Below, in pieces: positions 36,449-46,433 of a stretch of 64,000 nucleotides of DNA (its first letter is position 1; the number at the start of each line of letters is the position of its first letter). A program made the translations under genes and the position numbers. The stretch is from an uncultured Planctomycetales bacterium. GTDB lineage: Bacteria; 4484-113; JAFGCY01. The DNA lies in NCBI GenBank assembly GCA_964609245.1, contig CAZSSB010000011.1:6000-69999 (forward strand), read 5' to 3'. Under the pieces are notes generated by a model that was given only the letters and a program-made list of their open reading frames with translations, was not told where the DNA came from and did not search any database.

Positions 36449-36497
36449 CCGGCCAATGCCGGTTCCGGTTCTCGCCATCGCGATGTAAACTGCTGCG

Positions 36498-37694
36498 ATG
36501 CCGTTTTTCCCGGAAGCACCGCCGGCACCGCCTGTGAAGGAATCGACGGATTTCGAGGCCTTCCGCGCCGCCTATCGGGCATCGCTGCCGATCACCGGCA
36601 ACTTCATCTATCTCAACCACGCCAGCGTTGGGCCGCTGTCTGACTGGGTGGTTGCGGCGGCAAATGAGCACCTGCTGCAGCAGCAGATGGCCGACACGGC
36701 CACGCAGGACGCCTGGTTCGACGGCTGGCGGCTGGCGCGGCAGCGTGTGGCTGAGTTGCTGGGGGCCGGTCGGGACGAAATCTGCATCCAGACCAACACC
36801 TGGGCCGGCTTGACGCGTGCGTTCTCGGCGCTGCCGCTGGGCCCCGGCGATGAAGTGCTCTTCCCCGCCGACGAATTCCCGAGCCTCTATCACGCCCTCA
36901 GCGAGCTGCGCGCGCGAGGCTGCAGTGTCCGGGCCGTCGAGCCCGTTCAGCGGGATCGGATCGTCCGCACCGAGGACATCCTGGCCCAGGTCTCCGACCG
37001 CACCAGGCTGGTGGCCACATCCTGGGTCAACTTCTTCCACGGCTACCGGCATGACCTGGGTGCGCTCGGTGCTCGCTGCCACGAGGTCGGGGCCTGGTTT
37101 GTGGTGGACGGCATCCAGGGCCTGGGCATGTTGACCCTCGACGTCAAGCAAGCCGGCGTGCACTTTTTCGCCAGTCAGGGCGCCAAGTGGCTCTGCGCAC
37201 CGCTCGGCAGTGGCTTCCTCTACGTCTCGGACCAGGTGGCCCCCGGCATCACGCCGCGCCTCGAGGGTTGGTTCGCCATGGAACTGAACCACGAACGCTA
37301 CACCGACCGCGGCATCAGGCCCAAAACCAATGCCAACCGCTTCGGCGGGGGTACGGTGCCGTTAGCATCGACCTTCGGCCTGCGCCGTGCCTGCGAAGTA
37401 TTCCTCGAAGCCGGCCCCGCCGCCGCTGAGGCCGCCGCTCTTCGCCACGCAGACCGCCTGGCGAACGCGGCGGAGCGAGCGGGAATCACTCTCATTTCAG
37501 ATCGCACTTCGCGCCCCAGTGCCATCGTCAGTCTGCGACAGGCAGACTGCCCGGCCCTGCCCGAAGCGCTGCATGAGGCCGGAGTGGTCTTCTCGCTGCG
37601 CGAGGGCGGGATCAGACTCAGCCCGCATTGGTACAACGTAGATGACGAAATCGCCAGAGTCGCTGAACTCATCGGCCAGCACGGCCGGCCCTAG
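36498..37694 (+). CDS. Aminotransferase class V / cysteine-desulfurase-like PLP enzyme
   Basis: Fold-type I class V pattern: YLNHASVGP, WVNFFHGYRHD, VVDGIQGLG and a PLP-Lys context FFASQGAKWLCAP. Confidence 0.8.
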   Translation: MPFFPEAPPAPPVKESTDFEAFRAAYRASLPITGNFIYLNHASVGPLSDWVVAAANEHLLQQQMADTATQDAWFDGWRLARQRVAELLGAGRDEICIQTNTWAGLTRAFSALPLGPGDEVLFPADEFPSLYHALSELRARGCSVRAVEPVQRDRIVRTEDILAQVSDRTRLVATSWVNFFHGYRHDLGALGARCHEVGAWFVVDGIQGLGMLTLDVKQAGVHFFASQGAKWLCAPLGSGFLYVSDQVAPGITPRLEGWFAMELNHERYTDRGIRPKTNANRFGGGTVPLASTFGLRRACEVFLEAGPAAAEAAALRHADRLANAAERAGITLISDRTSRPSAIVSLRQADCPALPEALHEAGVVFSLREGGIRLSPHWYNVDDEIARVAELIGQHGRP

Positions 37695-37709
37695 CCCGCC
37701 CCTGACCGC

Positions 37710-39143
37710 CTAGACCTCGGCCAGCTTGATCCGGGCCCAGCGGCCGCTGCGGAAGCGCAGGAACACCATCGTGGCCTCCACGTAGACCGAGATTGTCATG
37801 GCCCACCAGACCCCGTCGAGGCCGAGCCCCAGCCCGACTCCCGTGCCGAGGATGTTTTCCAGCGCCATGAACGCCGCCAGCGGTATGCGCACGAACCACA
37901 TCGCGGTGAGCGTCATCAGCGCGGCGGCCAGTGTGTCGCCGCTGCCGCGCAGCACCCCATACATCGTCATGCCAACGCCGAGCCCCGGCAAGCACAGCGC
38001 GATGATACGCAGGAATCCGGTTGCCGCGTCCACGACATCCGGAGCGTTGCCCCCCGTGAAGAGGACGATGAACCACTGCGGGAAGAAGAACAGCAGCGAT
38101 CCGGTACCCCACATGATGACCTCGCTGAACAGCAGGCAGTAGAGCGCGCTGACACGTGCCTGATCCGGCCTGCGCGCACCGAGATTCTGCCCGGTCAGTG
38201 TCGCGGCCGCGATGCTGAAGGCGAAGGCCGGCATGAACGCCAGGCTCTCCGCCATCAGGCCCACCACCAGAGCGCTCTGGCCCACAACGCTGTTGGGCAG
38301 GAACGTAATCAGCTTAATCAGGGTGAGCCCCGCCAGCGACCGGACCATCACTTGCAACATTCCCGGGATACCAATGCGCAGCATCTCCCAGGCCCGACGC
38401 AGCGGCGCCTCCAGGATGCTGGCGTCCCACCTTACAGCGCGCTGCCGATTGAGCAGCGCGATCGCTACTGCGGTCACAAGCATCGAGGTCAGGATGGTCG
38501 AGAGTGCACAGCCCGCCACCTTGTAGGGGCCGATCAGCAACCAGTTGCCAATGAAGTTGGCGACGTTGGCGACGATCAGCAGCCACATCGGGTAGATCGT
38601 GCGGCCCAGGCTGTTGAAGATACTGACGACGGCGAACTGCGCGCCCATACCGGCCAAACCGATGAAGATCACGCGCAGGTAGTCCCAAGCGTACTGCCGC
38701 GTCAGCGCGATGGCAGCGGAGTCCGTCCCCGGCACCTCGCTGCTGACCATAAACATCACGGGCCGGCCGCCGATCGCCAGCCCGATTGCCGTAGCCAGCA
38801 CGCCGATCACCAGGGCGGTGATGACGCCGATGGTCGCGTAGGCGCGTGCGCGCGTGTGGTCCCGAGCACCGGTGAACCGCGCCACGTGGGCGGTGATTCC
38901 GGTACCCAGTCCGAGGAAGACAGCACTGACGAGCCAGATGCTCTGACGCCCCACGCTGAGGCTGGCCAGCGCTTCACTGCCCAGCACGCTGATCATCCGC
39001 ACGTCCACGAAGCCGATCAGCGCCTGCAGGATATTGGTGGCCGTCACCGGCAGCGCCAGCCGCAGAATCACGCGCGAGAGTTCAGCTGGACTGCGCCAGT
39101 GTGTCAGAGCTGGCTCGGTCGCGCGGCGGGAAGTGTCCCCCAT
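37710..39143 (-). CDS. MATE family efflux transporter
   Basis: 477 aa with about 12 TM helices. The N-terminus (ILRLALPVTATNILQALIGFVDVRMIS) and duplicated half-structure are typical of MATE. Confidence 0.85.
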   Translation of the reverse strand: MGDTSRRATEPALTHWRSPAELSRVILRLALPVTATNILQALIGFVDVRMISVLGSEALASLSVGRQSIWLVSAVFLGLGTGITAHVARFTGARDHTRARAYATIGVITALVIGVLATAIGLAIGGRPVMFMVSSEVPGTDSAAIALTRQYAWDYLRVIFIGLAGMGAQFAVVSIFNSLGRTIYPMWLLIVANVANFIGNWLLIGPYKVAGCALSTILTSMLVTAVAIALLNRQRAVRWDASILEAPLRRAWEMLRIGIPGMLQVMVRSLAGLTLIKLITFLPNSVVGQSALVVGLMAESLAFMPAFAFSIAAATLTGQNLGARRPDQARVSALYCLLFSEVIMWGTGSLLFFFPQWFIVLFTGGNAPDVVDAATGFLRIIALCLPGLGVGMTMYGVLRGSGDTLAAALMTLTAMWFVRIPLAAFMALENILGTGVGLGLGLDGVWWAMTISVYVEATMVFLRFRSGRWARIKLAEV

Positions 39144-39240
39144 GGCCTTCTATACTACATGACTCACATGGACTCGCGGAGGCCGCAGAGCGCGAGTCTA
39201 TTTTCGCTGGGAATGGTGAGCCAGCCGGGCGTCGGTGCTA

Positions 39241-41394
39241 TCAGCGATCCCCGGAACTGTCGCTGGCGGTTGCTGCTCCAGCAGGGCTGGGTGGCCGGAT
39301 GCCGTTCTGCTCCGCGTAGTGGAACTGAACGGGCGCTGCACGCTCCTCCGGATAGCGGATCCGGCTGTGTCGTTGAGCCACCAGGATGCGGCAGAACGCC
39401 CGCTTAACCTGTTGCAGGTCGCCGATGGTCAGACCGCTGTCAACCAGCTGTTCTTCCTCAAGCTTGTCGGCCACGATCTTCGCCACGACTGCTTCAATCT
39501 CCTCGGTGTCCACTATCCCGCGTGCCCGCACTACTGCCTCAGTAACATCGGCCAGCATCACGACTCCGCTCTCACGATTCTGTGGAATCGGTCCCTGGTA
39601 ACGGTAGTCCTCGGGCCGTGGCAGCGCACGTTCGTCCGGCTGCTCCTCGTGCATCTGCTGTGCCTTGAAGTAGAAGAACCTGATCAGGTAATTCCCGTGG
39701 TGCTCCGCGATGAACTGGTGCAACCCCTGCGGCAGCCGCGCCTCCCGCGCCATCTCCAGTCCGTCCGACACGTGGTCACGCAGGATCTTGACTGACGTCT
39801 CCGGCGGCAGCCCCTGGTGTGGATTCTTGCCCAGATCGTGGATATTCTCGGCGAAGAAGCCGGGCCGCTTCAGCTTTCCGATGTCGTGATACAGCGCCCC
39901 GACTTTGGCCAGCAGCCAGTTGCAGCCGATCTCCTTGCAGGCCTCCTCGGAAAGGTCCGCCACCATCTCACTGTGCACGTACGTGCCGTGAGCTTCGCGC
40001 TTGAGTCGCCTCAGCAGTTCATTCTCCGGATTCGCCAACTCCACCAGCTTGTTCGGCGTGAGCTGGGCGGTCAGTGTCTCCACCACCGGCAGCAAGCCCA
40101 GGGCCATAACGGCCGCCGCGAAGCCCGCAAGCCCGGCGATGACGAACACCTCCCAGTGCAGGGTCTGCACGCTGATCAGCACCACTGTGGCAGCCAGGAC
40201 TACATTGACCAGCGCAATCGCGAAGCAGAACCACACCTGATGGCGCCGGGACGACCCCGGCGCGATGAACACCGTCGGCAGCAGCGCGCCCGCCAGCGTA
40301 TAGAGCATCAGGTCAGCACCGAAACTCAGTGCCACGCTGAGCACCAGACCCAGCCCCAAGCCCAGGTATAGGGCGAAGATCGAGTCGTATACCAGCACGA
40401 CCACAGTCGTCAGCGCTACCACCGCGAACGCCGTTGCGTAGTAGAAGTAGTTGAAGGGCAGCCTGCCAAGCACCAGCCCGATCGCCAGGAACAACAGGAA
40501 CAGCATGCCGATCTGCGTCAGGCTTCCGTTTTCCGCCAGCTGCCGCGCGAAGCGCTGCAGATACAGATACCACCACAGCATTGCCGCCAGCAGCACCAGG
40601 GCCAGCCCCAGAAACCGGAACATGCCCTGCTTGAGCAGATGCGGCCACAACTCCTGCAGCTGCTCGTGGACACGGGTGTCGACAACCGCGCCCTCGACGA
40701 TGATCACGCTGCCCTTCTCGATCACCACCCGAGCCAGCTGCTTCCGCTCGGCGTGCAGGTTGGGCGGGCTGTACTGCTCCAGATTCGCGGTGAGGAAGTA
40801 CGTGTAGATGTTCTCAGGCGTAATCAGCAGTTCCGGGATCCCGCCCTGCTTGATTGAGCGAACGTAGGCCGCCGTGATCGGCTGCTGCATTGCCTCGTCC
40901 AGCAGCTGCTCGGCGCTGCTGAACACATGGTTCAGACGATCATCCTGGTAGTTGAGGAAGCTGCTGATGATCGTCTCGTGCACGCCGTATTGCCGGCCAA
41001 GATTCGCAATACGACTGCCGGATTCGCTGTCGGCCGGCTCCTGCTTCGCGAGGGCTTGCCGCAGTTCAAAGAAGTCCTGCTTGAAGGACGTGAACCGTGC
41101 CAGCGCTTGATCGCGCTTGGCGGTGTCGACGAAGCTGTAGGGTTCGCCCTCGCCGACGTTACCGGTCAGCTCGGCAAGCTTCGCGCTGTCCTCATACTCG
41201 AACGTGACGGGCGCGAAGATCGTGTAGGGGACCACCTGACCAACCTGGAACTGCTGCGGCCAGATCCGCAGGTGCCCAAACAGCATCGCCAGAGCCACGG
41301 CGTAGAACAGCACCACAATCAACCAGTTGCGCCAAGGGTTCTGAGCTCCAATCAGCCCAGACGTCCACCAGCTCCCGGCACCTTTATCCGTCAC
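39241..41394 (-). CDS. pgpH: 7TM-HD membrane phosphohydrolase (PgpH/YqfF-like HDIG protein)
   Basis: Large extracytoplasmic N-domain, seven TM helices and a C-terminal HD domain (HSEMVADLSEE...GALYHDIGK...HH). It lies directly downstream of phoH, which is the conserved pairing. Confidence 0.85.
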   Translation of the reverse strand: MTDKGAGSWWTSGLIGAQNPWRNWLIVVLFYAVALAMLFGHLRIWPQQFQVGQVVPYTIFAPVTFEYEDSAKLAELTGNVGEGEPYSFVDTAKRDQALARFTSFKQDFFELRQALAKQEPADSESGSRIANLGRQYGVHETIISSFLNYQDDRLNHVFSSAEQLLDEAMQQPITAAYVRSIKQGGIPELLITPENIYTYFLTANLEQYSPPNLHAERKQLARVVIEKGSVIIVEGAVVDTRVHEQLQELWPHLLKQGMFRFLGLALVLLAAMLWWYLYLQRFARQLAENGSLTQIGMLFLLFLAIGLVLGRLPFNYFYYATAFAVVALTTVVVLVYDSIFALYLGLGLGLVLSVALSFGADLMLYTLAGALLPTVFIAPGSSRRHQVWFCFAIALVNVVLAATVVLISVQTLHWEVFVIAGLAGFAAAVMALGLLPVVETLTAQLTPNKLVELANPENELLRRLKREAHGTYVHSEMVADLSEEACKEIGCNWLLAKVGALYHDIGKLKRPGFFAENIHDLGKNPHQGLPPETSVKILRDHVSDGLEMAREARLPQGLHQFIAEHHGNYLIRFFYFKAQQMHEEQPDERALPRPEDYRYQGPIPQNRESGVVMLADVTEAVVRARGIVDTEEIEAVVAKIVADKLEEEQLVDSGLTIGDLQQVKRAFCRILVAQRHSRIRYPEERAAPVQFHYAEQNGIRPPSPAGAATASDSSGDR

Positions 41395-41428
41395 AAGCGG
41401 ATATACCCCACTGCCAGTCTACTTCTCT

Positions 41429-42328
41429 TCATTCATCCGCACGCTGCTCGAAGCGATCATAGGCGTCGATGATCCGCTGAACCACCGGATGCCGGACTAC
41501 ATCCCTGCGTGTAAGTTCAACCAGACCCACGTGCGGCTGGGCGTCACGGAGGATGGTCAATGCCTCCACGAATCCGCTCCGCTGCCCCGTCTCAAGGTCC
41601 ACCTGCGTGATATCGCCGGTCACGATGGCACGGCTGCCACGCCCCATGCGCGTCAGGAACATCTTCATCTGGCTATAGGTCGTGTTCTGCGCCTCATCGA
41701 GAATGATGAAGCTGTTGTTGAGCGAACGTCCGCGCATGAAGGCCAGCGGCGCCACTTCGATTACGTTGCGTTCCATCAGTCGCCGGACGCGCTCGAAGCG
41801 CAGCAGGTCGTTGAGCGCATCGAACAGCGGAATCAGATAGGGATTGACCTTCTCGTATAGCGTGCCCGGCAGGTAGCCCAGCTTCTCGCCGGCTTCCACC
41901 GCGGGGCGCGTTAGTACGATCCGCTGCACGCGCTTACGGCGGAAGTAATCGATCGCCGCGGCCACCGCCAGGTAGGTCTTGCCGGTGCCCGCCGGACCGA
42001 AGCACAGCACCACCTCGTGCTTCTCGATCGCCTGAAGATACTCCTCCTGCCCGGGCGTTTGCGGCTGGAAGTTGGGCAGATGGGCCAGCGACGGCTCGCC
42101 GTTGTGATCGTTGGCCGGCTCGGCGACCGCGGCGCCGACGGCTTCGGAACTTAGCTGCCCGTCATCGCGGATTGAACGCAGCATCGCCAGCAGCGCCCGC
42201 CGGGCTCCTTTGACGTCGCGCCCGTCGCCGGCGATGAACACTTCGAGCCCCTTGGCATATACCTTGACGCGGAATTGCTCAGTGACCAGCCGCAGGTTGC
42301 TGTCGAAGTCGCCGAAAAGCTCCTGCAT
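41429..42328 (-). CDS. phoH: PhoH-like ATPase
   Basis: Walker A GPAGTGKTYLAVA, Walker B FIILDEAQN and the motif VTGDITQVDL. Confidence 0.9.
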   Translation of the reverse strand: MQELFGDFDSNLRLVTEQFRVKVYAKGLEVFIAGDGRDVKGARRALLAMLRSIRDDGQLSSEAVGAAVAEPANDHNGEPSLAHLPNFQPQTPGQEEYLQAIEKHEVVLCFGPAGTGKTYLAVAAAIDYFRRKRVQRIVLTRPAVEAGEKLGYLPGTLYEKVNPYLIPLFDALNDLLRFERVRRLMERNVIEVAPLAFMRGRSLNNSFIILDEAQNTTYSQMKMFLTRMGRGSRAIVTGDITQVDLETGQRSGFVEALTILRDAQPHVGLVELTRRDVVRHPVVQRIIDAYDRFEQRADE

Positions 42329-42461
42329 TTCGTCGCGGGAGCGAAGCTCAATCGAATCAGTCTTCAGGATGTCTTTCGACCTCGATTACTGGGTTGCCGG
42401 CTGTATTCTACCATCGTTGAACCGGGAGAGTGTGTGCTCCCGAGCCTGCTACACTAGGTCT

Positions 42462-43025
42462 ATGGCTGACTCCCCCGGCCAGTTGCTGGCGGACATCGCC
42501 GCCGAGGTGCACTCCTGCACGGCGTGCCCGCTGCATGCAACCCGAACCACCGCGGTCCCCGGCGAGGGGCCCGCGAGTGCCGATGTCGTCTTCATCGGTG
42601 AGGCGCCGGGGGCGGACGAGGATCGCGTCGGACGGCCGTTCATCGGCCGCTCCGGCCAGCTGCTGCGCAGCACGATCGTCGAGCTCGGCTGGCGCGAGGA
42701 CGAGGTTTTCATCGGCAACGTCCTCAAGTGCCGACCGCCGGGCAATCGTGATCCTCAGCCCGATGAGGTTCGCGCCTGCCGCCACTTCCTGATGGCGCAA
42801 CTGGTGTTGATGCAGCCGAAGGTGGTTGTGACGCTCGGGCGCCACAGCCTCAACCTGCTGATCGACCCCAAGCTGCGCATCAGCAAGATTCACGGCCAGC
42901 ACCTGGTCAAAGACGGCCAGCTGTACCTGCCAACCTACCATCCCAGCATGATCCTGCGCAACGCGCGGTTGCTCCCCGAGTGGAAGCTCGACCTGGCCAA
43001 GGCCAGGAAACTGGCGGGGCACTGA
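42462..43025 (+). CDS. Uracil-DNA glycosylase family 4
   Basis: Motifs CTACPL, GEAPGADED and HPS (TYHPSMILRN). The internal ATG at 42462 is used because the ORF's 5' extension runs antisense into phoH. Confidence 0.85.
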   Translation: MADSPGQLLADIAAEVHSCTACPLHATRTTAVPGEGPASADVVFIGEAPGADEDRVGRPFIGRSGQLLRSTIVELGWREDEVFIGNVLKCRPPGNRDPQPDEVRACRHFLMAQLVLMQPKVVVTLGRHSLNLLIDPKLRISKIHGQHLVKDGQLYLPTYHPSMILRNARLLPEWKLDLAKARKLAGH

Positions 43026-43056
43026 GCGCATCCGCACCTCGCGATATGATGCGGGA

Positions 43057-43767
43057 GTGCGGAAGGCGATCTTCTTTGATCTCGGTTCCACACTCTGGGA
43101 CGACTATCCCGTAGTGCAACTCACTTGGGAAGTGCTTGAGCGGCTGCTGATGCAGCACGGCATCGCGGCGTCCCGAGCAGACATCCAGGCCAAGGCTCAC
43201 GAGATGATCGCCAGCTACAGCCCCTCGCTCAACCGGGCCGTAGTCTGGCAGTACGTCGACGGCGACGAGCGGAAGTACCAGCAGATCATGGCTGAGCTGA
43301 TCAAACAGACCAAGGGCCGCTTCGCCGATCCCCGCGAATTCAGCCGGCTCAATCCGCTGTTTCCCGGCGTGCATCAGCTGCTGGACGGGCTATCGGCGCG
43401 ATACGCGCTGGCGGTCGTCAGCCAGCACTTCGCTGAAGTCGAGCGCTGGATGGAGATTCACGACATCCGCAAGTACTTCCGCCATCTGAGCGTCAGCGAT
43501 GTCGAGCGCCTGTACAAGCCGGATCCCCGCCTGTTCCTCCAGCCCTGCAAAGCCCTGGGCGTCGATCCACGCGAAGTGCTGATGGTCGGCGACCGGCTCG
43601 ACAACGACATCTGGCCGGCCAACCGGCTGGAGATGACCACGGTGCGCGTGCTGGCGGATCCGTATCGCATCCAGCGGCCGCGCTATCCGCGAGACGTGCC
43701 GGACTTCACGATTGGACGCATTGCCGACCTGACCGACGTCATCGAGCGGATTGAGGCCCAGACATAG
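43057..43767 (+). CDS. HAD-superfamily hydrolase
   Basis: Motif I IFFDLGSTLWD (a DxGxT variant in which the second Asp is replaced) and motif IV MVGDRLDNDI. Confidence 0.7.
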   Translation: MRKAIFFDLGSTLWDDYPVVQLTWEVLERLLMQHGIAASRADIQAKAHEMIASYSPSLNRAVVWQYVDGDERKYQQIMAELIKQTKGRFADPREFSRLNPLFPGVHQLLDGLSARYALAVVSQHFAEVERWMEIHDIRKYFRHLSVSDVERLYKPDPRLFLQPCKALGVDPREVLMVGDRLDNDIWPANRLEMTTVRVLADPYRIQRPRYPRDVPDFTIGRIADLTDVIERIEAQT

Positions 43768-43779
43768 GCGCGGGGCGGG

Positions 43780-45228
43780 TTGTTAGCTACAATAGTCGCC
43801 ACGGGGATGGGAGACGGTCCACACATTAGGCGTGCCTCTTTCTTTCGCTGGCCGCTGTTCGCCGCGGTCTGCCTGATTCCCCTGCTCGTAGGTTGCGACG
43901 GTGCACAGCTGACCTTCGGCGGCTTCATCGAGCAGCTGATCCTGGGCCTGATCCTGGGCAGCGTTTACGCCCTGATCGCACTCGGCTACACCCTGGTGTA
44001 CGGCGTAATCAAGCTGATCAACTTCGCGCACGGCGACATCTACATGCTCGGCGCATTCATCGGCTACTACATGCTGCGCATCACCATTCGCTGGCTGCAC
44101 TTCACCGGCGGGGTATCGCTGATCTGGTGCTGGGTAATCTCGGTCCTGGTCTCGGTTGTCGTCTGCGCCGTTATCGCAGTCGTGATGGAGCGGCTGGCCT
44201 ACCGCCCGCTGCGCGGTTCCAGCCGGATCGCAGCTTTGATTACCGCCGTCGGCGTCAGCTTCCTGCTGGAGAACGCCGGTCTGATCGTGTTCGGCCCGAA
44301 TCCCAAGAGCTACGAGCCGAAGTCGCTTGAAATCTACCAGGTCGAAATGGCCACGGATCCCTCGTTCGCCGACGCTCGCCGAATCGAGGTGATGGATGCA
44401 GCCCAGCGGGTGTTTCCGGCGTCACGCTTCCGCCGCGAATCCTGGGTGCGAGTCCGGCTGGTGGCCAAGGATGGCACTTCGGACTGGAGCCCGGTGCTGC
44501 ACGTGCCAGTCGAGCAGCAGCGCGGCTTCACCGAGGGAGACCTGCCGCCGCCGGCCGAGGCCGGGGTCACTCCAATCCCTTCGCTGGGATACTCGCGCAA
44601 GGCCAGCGGCGGGCGCGAGACTGTCGTGGTCAATTGGGAGCGCGGCCGGATTGAGGACATCGAGATGCGGCCGGTCTTCAGCGACGCCCAGGGCCAGCAG
44701 CTAGCGATCATGCTCCCCTTCAAGACCGCCCAGGACACCAACGTGCGCGTACCCGTCTTCAACATCGTGATCGTGGTGGTAACGCTGCTGCTGCTCTGGG
44801 CGCTGAATCAGCTGATCAACCGCAGCATGTTCGGCATCAGCATGCGCGCCCTGTCTTTCGACGGCGACGCGGCCAAGCTGATGGGCGTCAACACGGACAA
44901 GGTAATCGCCCAGACGTTCGCCGTCGGCGGCGCCTGCGCGGCCGTTGCGGGCAACATGGTCGGCATCTACAACCAGGCGATCGAGCCGCTGATGGGCATC
45001 CTGCCGGGCATCAAGGCCTTCGTCGCCGCCGTGGTCGGCGGGATCGGCAGCATCCCCGGCGCGGCTGCCGGTGGCATGATAATGGGCATCAGCGAGGCGT
45101 TGGTCAAGGGCAACATTCCGGCGCAGTACAGCGCCCTGTCCGACGCCCTGGCCTTCGCGATTCTGATCGCGGTGCTGCTGTTCAGGCCGTCCGGGATCTT
45201 CGGCAGCGCCGTCAAGGAGAAGGTGTGA
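43780..45228 (+). CDS. livH: Branched-chain amino acid ABC transporter permease LivH-type, with large internal insertion and N-terminal extension
   Basis: LivH blocks FIEQLILGLILGSVYALIALGYTLVYGVIKLINFAHGD and GISMRALSFDGDAAKLMGVN. At 482 aa it is longer than the ~300 aa I remember for LivH. The start is uncertain (TTG at 43780 or ATG at 43807). Confidence 0.8.
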   Translation: MLATIVATGMGDGPHIRRASFFRWPLFAAVCLIPLLVGCDGAQLTFGGFIEQLILGLILGSVYALIALGYTLVYGVIKLINFAHGDIYMLGAFIGYYMLRITIRWLHFTGGVSLIWCWVISVLVSVVVCAVIAVVMERLAYRPLRGSSRIAALITAVGVSFLLENAGLIVFGPNPKSYEPKSLEIYQVEMATDPSFADARRIEVMDAAQRVFPASRFRRESWVRVRLVAKDGTSDWSPVLHVPVEQQRGFTEGDLPPPAEAGVTPIPSLGYSRKASGGRETVVVNWERGRIEDIEMRPVFSDAQGQQLAIMLPFKTAQDTNVRVPVFNIVIVVVTLLLLWALNQLINRSMFGISMRALSFDGDAAKLMGVNTDKVIAQTFAVGGACAAVAGNMVGIYNQAIEPLMGILPGIKAFVAAVVGGIGSIPGAAAGGMIMGISEALVKGNIPAQYSALSDALAFAILIAVLLFRPSGIFGSAVKEKV

Positions 45229-46433
45229 TGATTAATCCGTACTGGGAACTCATCATCCTGCTCTGCCTGATCAACATTATCTTCGCGGTCTCGCTCAACC
45301 TGATCCTGGGCTACAACGGCCAGTTCTCGCTGGGCCACGCCGCCTTTCTGGCCATCGGCGCCTACGCCAGCGGCTCGCTGACCGCCACCTTCGGCTGGCC
45401 GCTGTGGGCCGGCATCCTGATGGCGATCCTGCTGTCGATCGTGGCGGCCGTGATCATCGGCTATCCCTGCCTGCGCCTGCGCGGGGACTACCTGGCAATC
45501 GCCACCCTCGGCTTCGCCGAAATCACCCGAATCGTCGCCAACGCCCTGCCCAAGGAGCAGTTCGGCGGGCCGACCGGGATGCAGAGCATCAAGAGCTTTG
45601 ACAAGTACATTCCGCCGACGACGGCGATGAACGGAATCGGCAACCTGATCTTCACGGTCTTGTTCACTCTTCTGTTTGTGGGTCTGATCGTCTGGGGCGT
45701 CTGGGCCTTTGCGAACTTCCTTGAGCGGCTGCTGATCAAGCGGTTCGACTGGCCTTACTGGCGGTGGGGGGTCGTCGGGCTGTTCGGTGCTTCCGCCATC
45801 GTCGGCGGCAAGCGCCTGTGGGTGGCGTTTCTGGACATCTTCCAGTTTGGCAACGCGCTCAGACACGTCAGCTTCGACAGCCAGCAGTGGGTGCTGTTCC
45901 TGCTTTTCGTGATCGTGGTTGCAGTCGTCACGCTCTTGATCCGCAACTACCTGATCAGTCTGCCGGGCCGCGCCGTAGTCGCCATCCGCGAGGATGAGAT
46001 CGCCGCGACGAACCTGGGCGTCAACTGCACCTGGATGAAGCTGCAGAACTTTATGTTCGGCAGTGCCTTGGCCGGCCTCGCCGGGGCGATGCTGGCCCAC
46101 ACCATCCCGCTCTTCAAACCCACGGACTTCAACTTCTTCAAGAGTGTCGACGTGCTGCTGATGGTCGTGCTCGGCGGCATGGGCAGCATCACCGGCAGCT
46201 TCGTCGGTGCCACCATCATCACCATGCTGCTGGAGGCGCTCCGGTTCCTCGGGCAGTGGCGGTTGGTGTTCTACTCGTTAATCCTGATCCTGTTCATGAT
46301 CTTCCGGCCCGGCGGCCTGCTTGGCACCGCCGAGCTGGGCCAGCTGATCCGGGCCAGGGCCGACCGCGGGCTCAGACGTCTGCTCGGCGATAGGCCGGCT
46401 GACGAGTCTCAGGCGGAGGGCAACGATGCTTGA
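45225..46433 (+). CDS. livM: Branched-chain amino acid ABC transporter permease LivM-type
   Basis: LivM pattern NLILGYNGQFSLGHAAFLAIGAY and AIREDEIAA. There is a 4-nt overlap with livH. Confidence 0.85.
   Translation: MMINPYWELIILLCLINIIFAVSLNLILGYNGQFSLGHAAFLAIGAYASGSLTATFGWPLWAGILMAILLSIVAAVIIGYPCLRLRGDYLAIATLGFAEITRIVANALPKEQFGGPTGMQSIKSFDKYIPPTTAMNGIGNLIFTVLFTLLFVGLIVWGVWAFANFLERLLIKRFDWPYWRWGVVGLFGASAIVGGKRLWVAFLDIFQFGNALRHVSFDSQQWVLFLLFVIVVAVVTLLIRNYLISLPGRAVVAIREDEIAATNLGVNCTWMKLQNFMFGSALAGLAGAMLAHTIPLFKPTDFNFFKSVDVLLMVVLGGMGSITGSFVGATIITMLLEALRFLGQWRLVFYSLILILFMIFRPGGLLGTAELGQLIRARADRGLRRLLGDRPADESQAEGNDA

Noticed and set aside
34586-36478. 630-aa minus-strand ORF opposite the Maf-like gene and the VOC gene
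   Set aside because: The plus-strand frame carries recognisable DUF115/Maf and VOC motifs. The antisense translation is low-complexity (G/A/R/D/V/L) and spans two genes and an intergenic gap.
39144-42328. Absence of ybeY after phoH-pgpH as a meaningful anomaly
   Set aside because: The phoH-yqfF-ybeY order is common but not universal, and ybeY may lie elsewhere. This cannot be assessed from one window.
42111-42461. 5' extension of the UDG ORF, together with the similar extensions 56388-56552 (phosphoesterase) and 47156-47248 (livF)
   Set aside because: The extensions run through neighbouring genes or intergenic DNA and encode low-complexity peptides. The internal starts give canonical N-termini: the UDG motif spacing, a signal peptide, and an RBS + GTG overlapping the livG stop.
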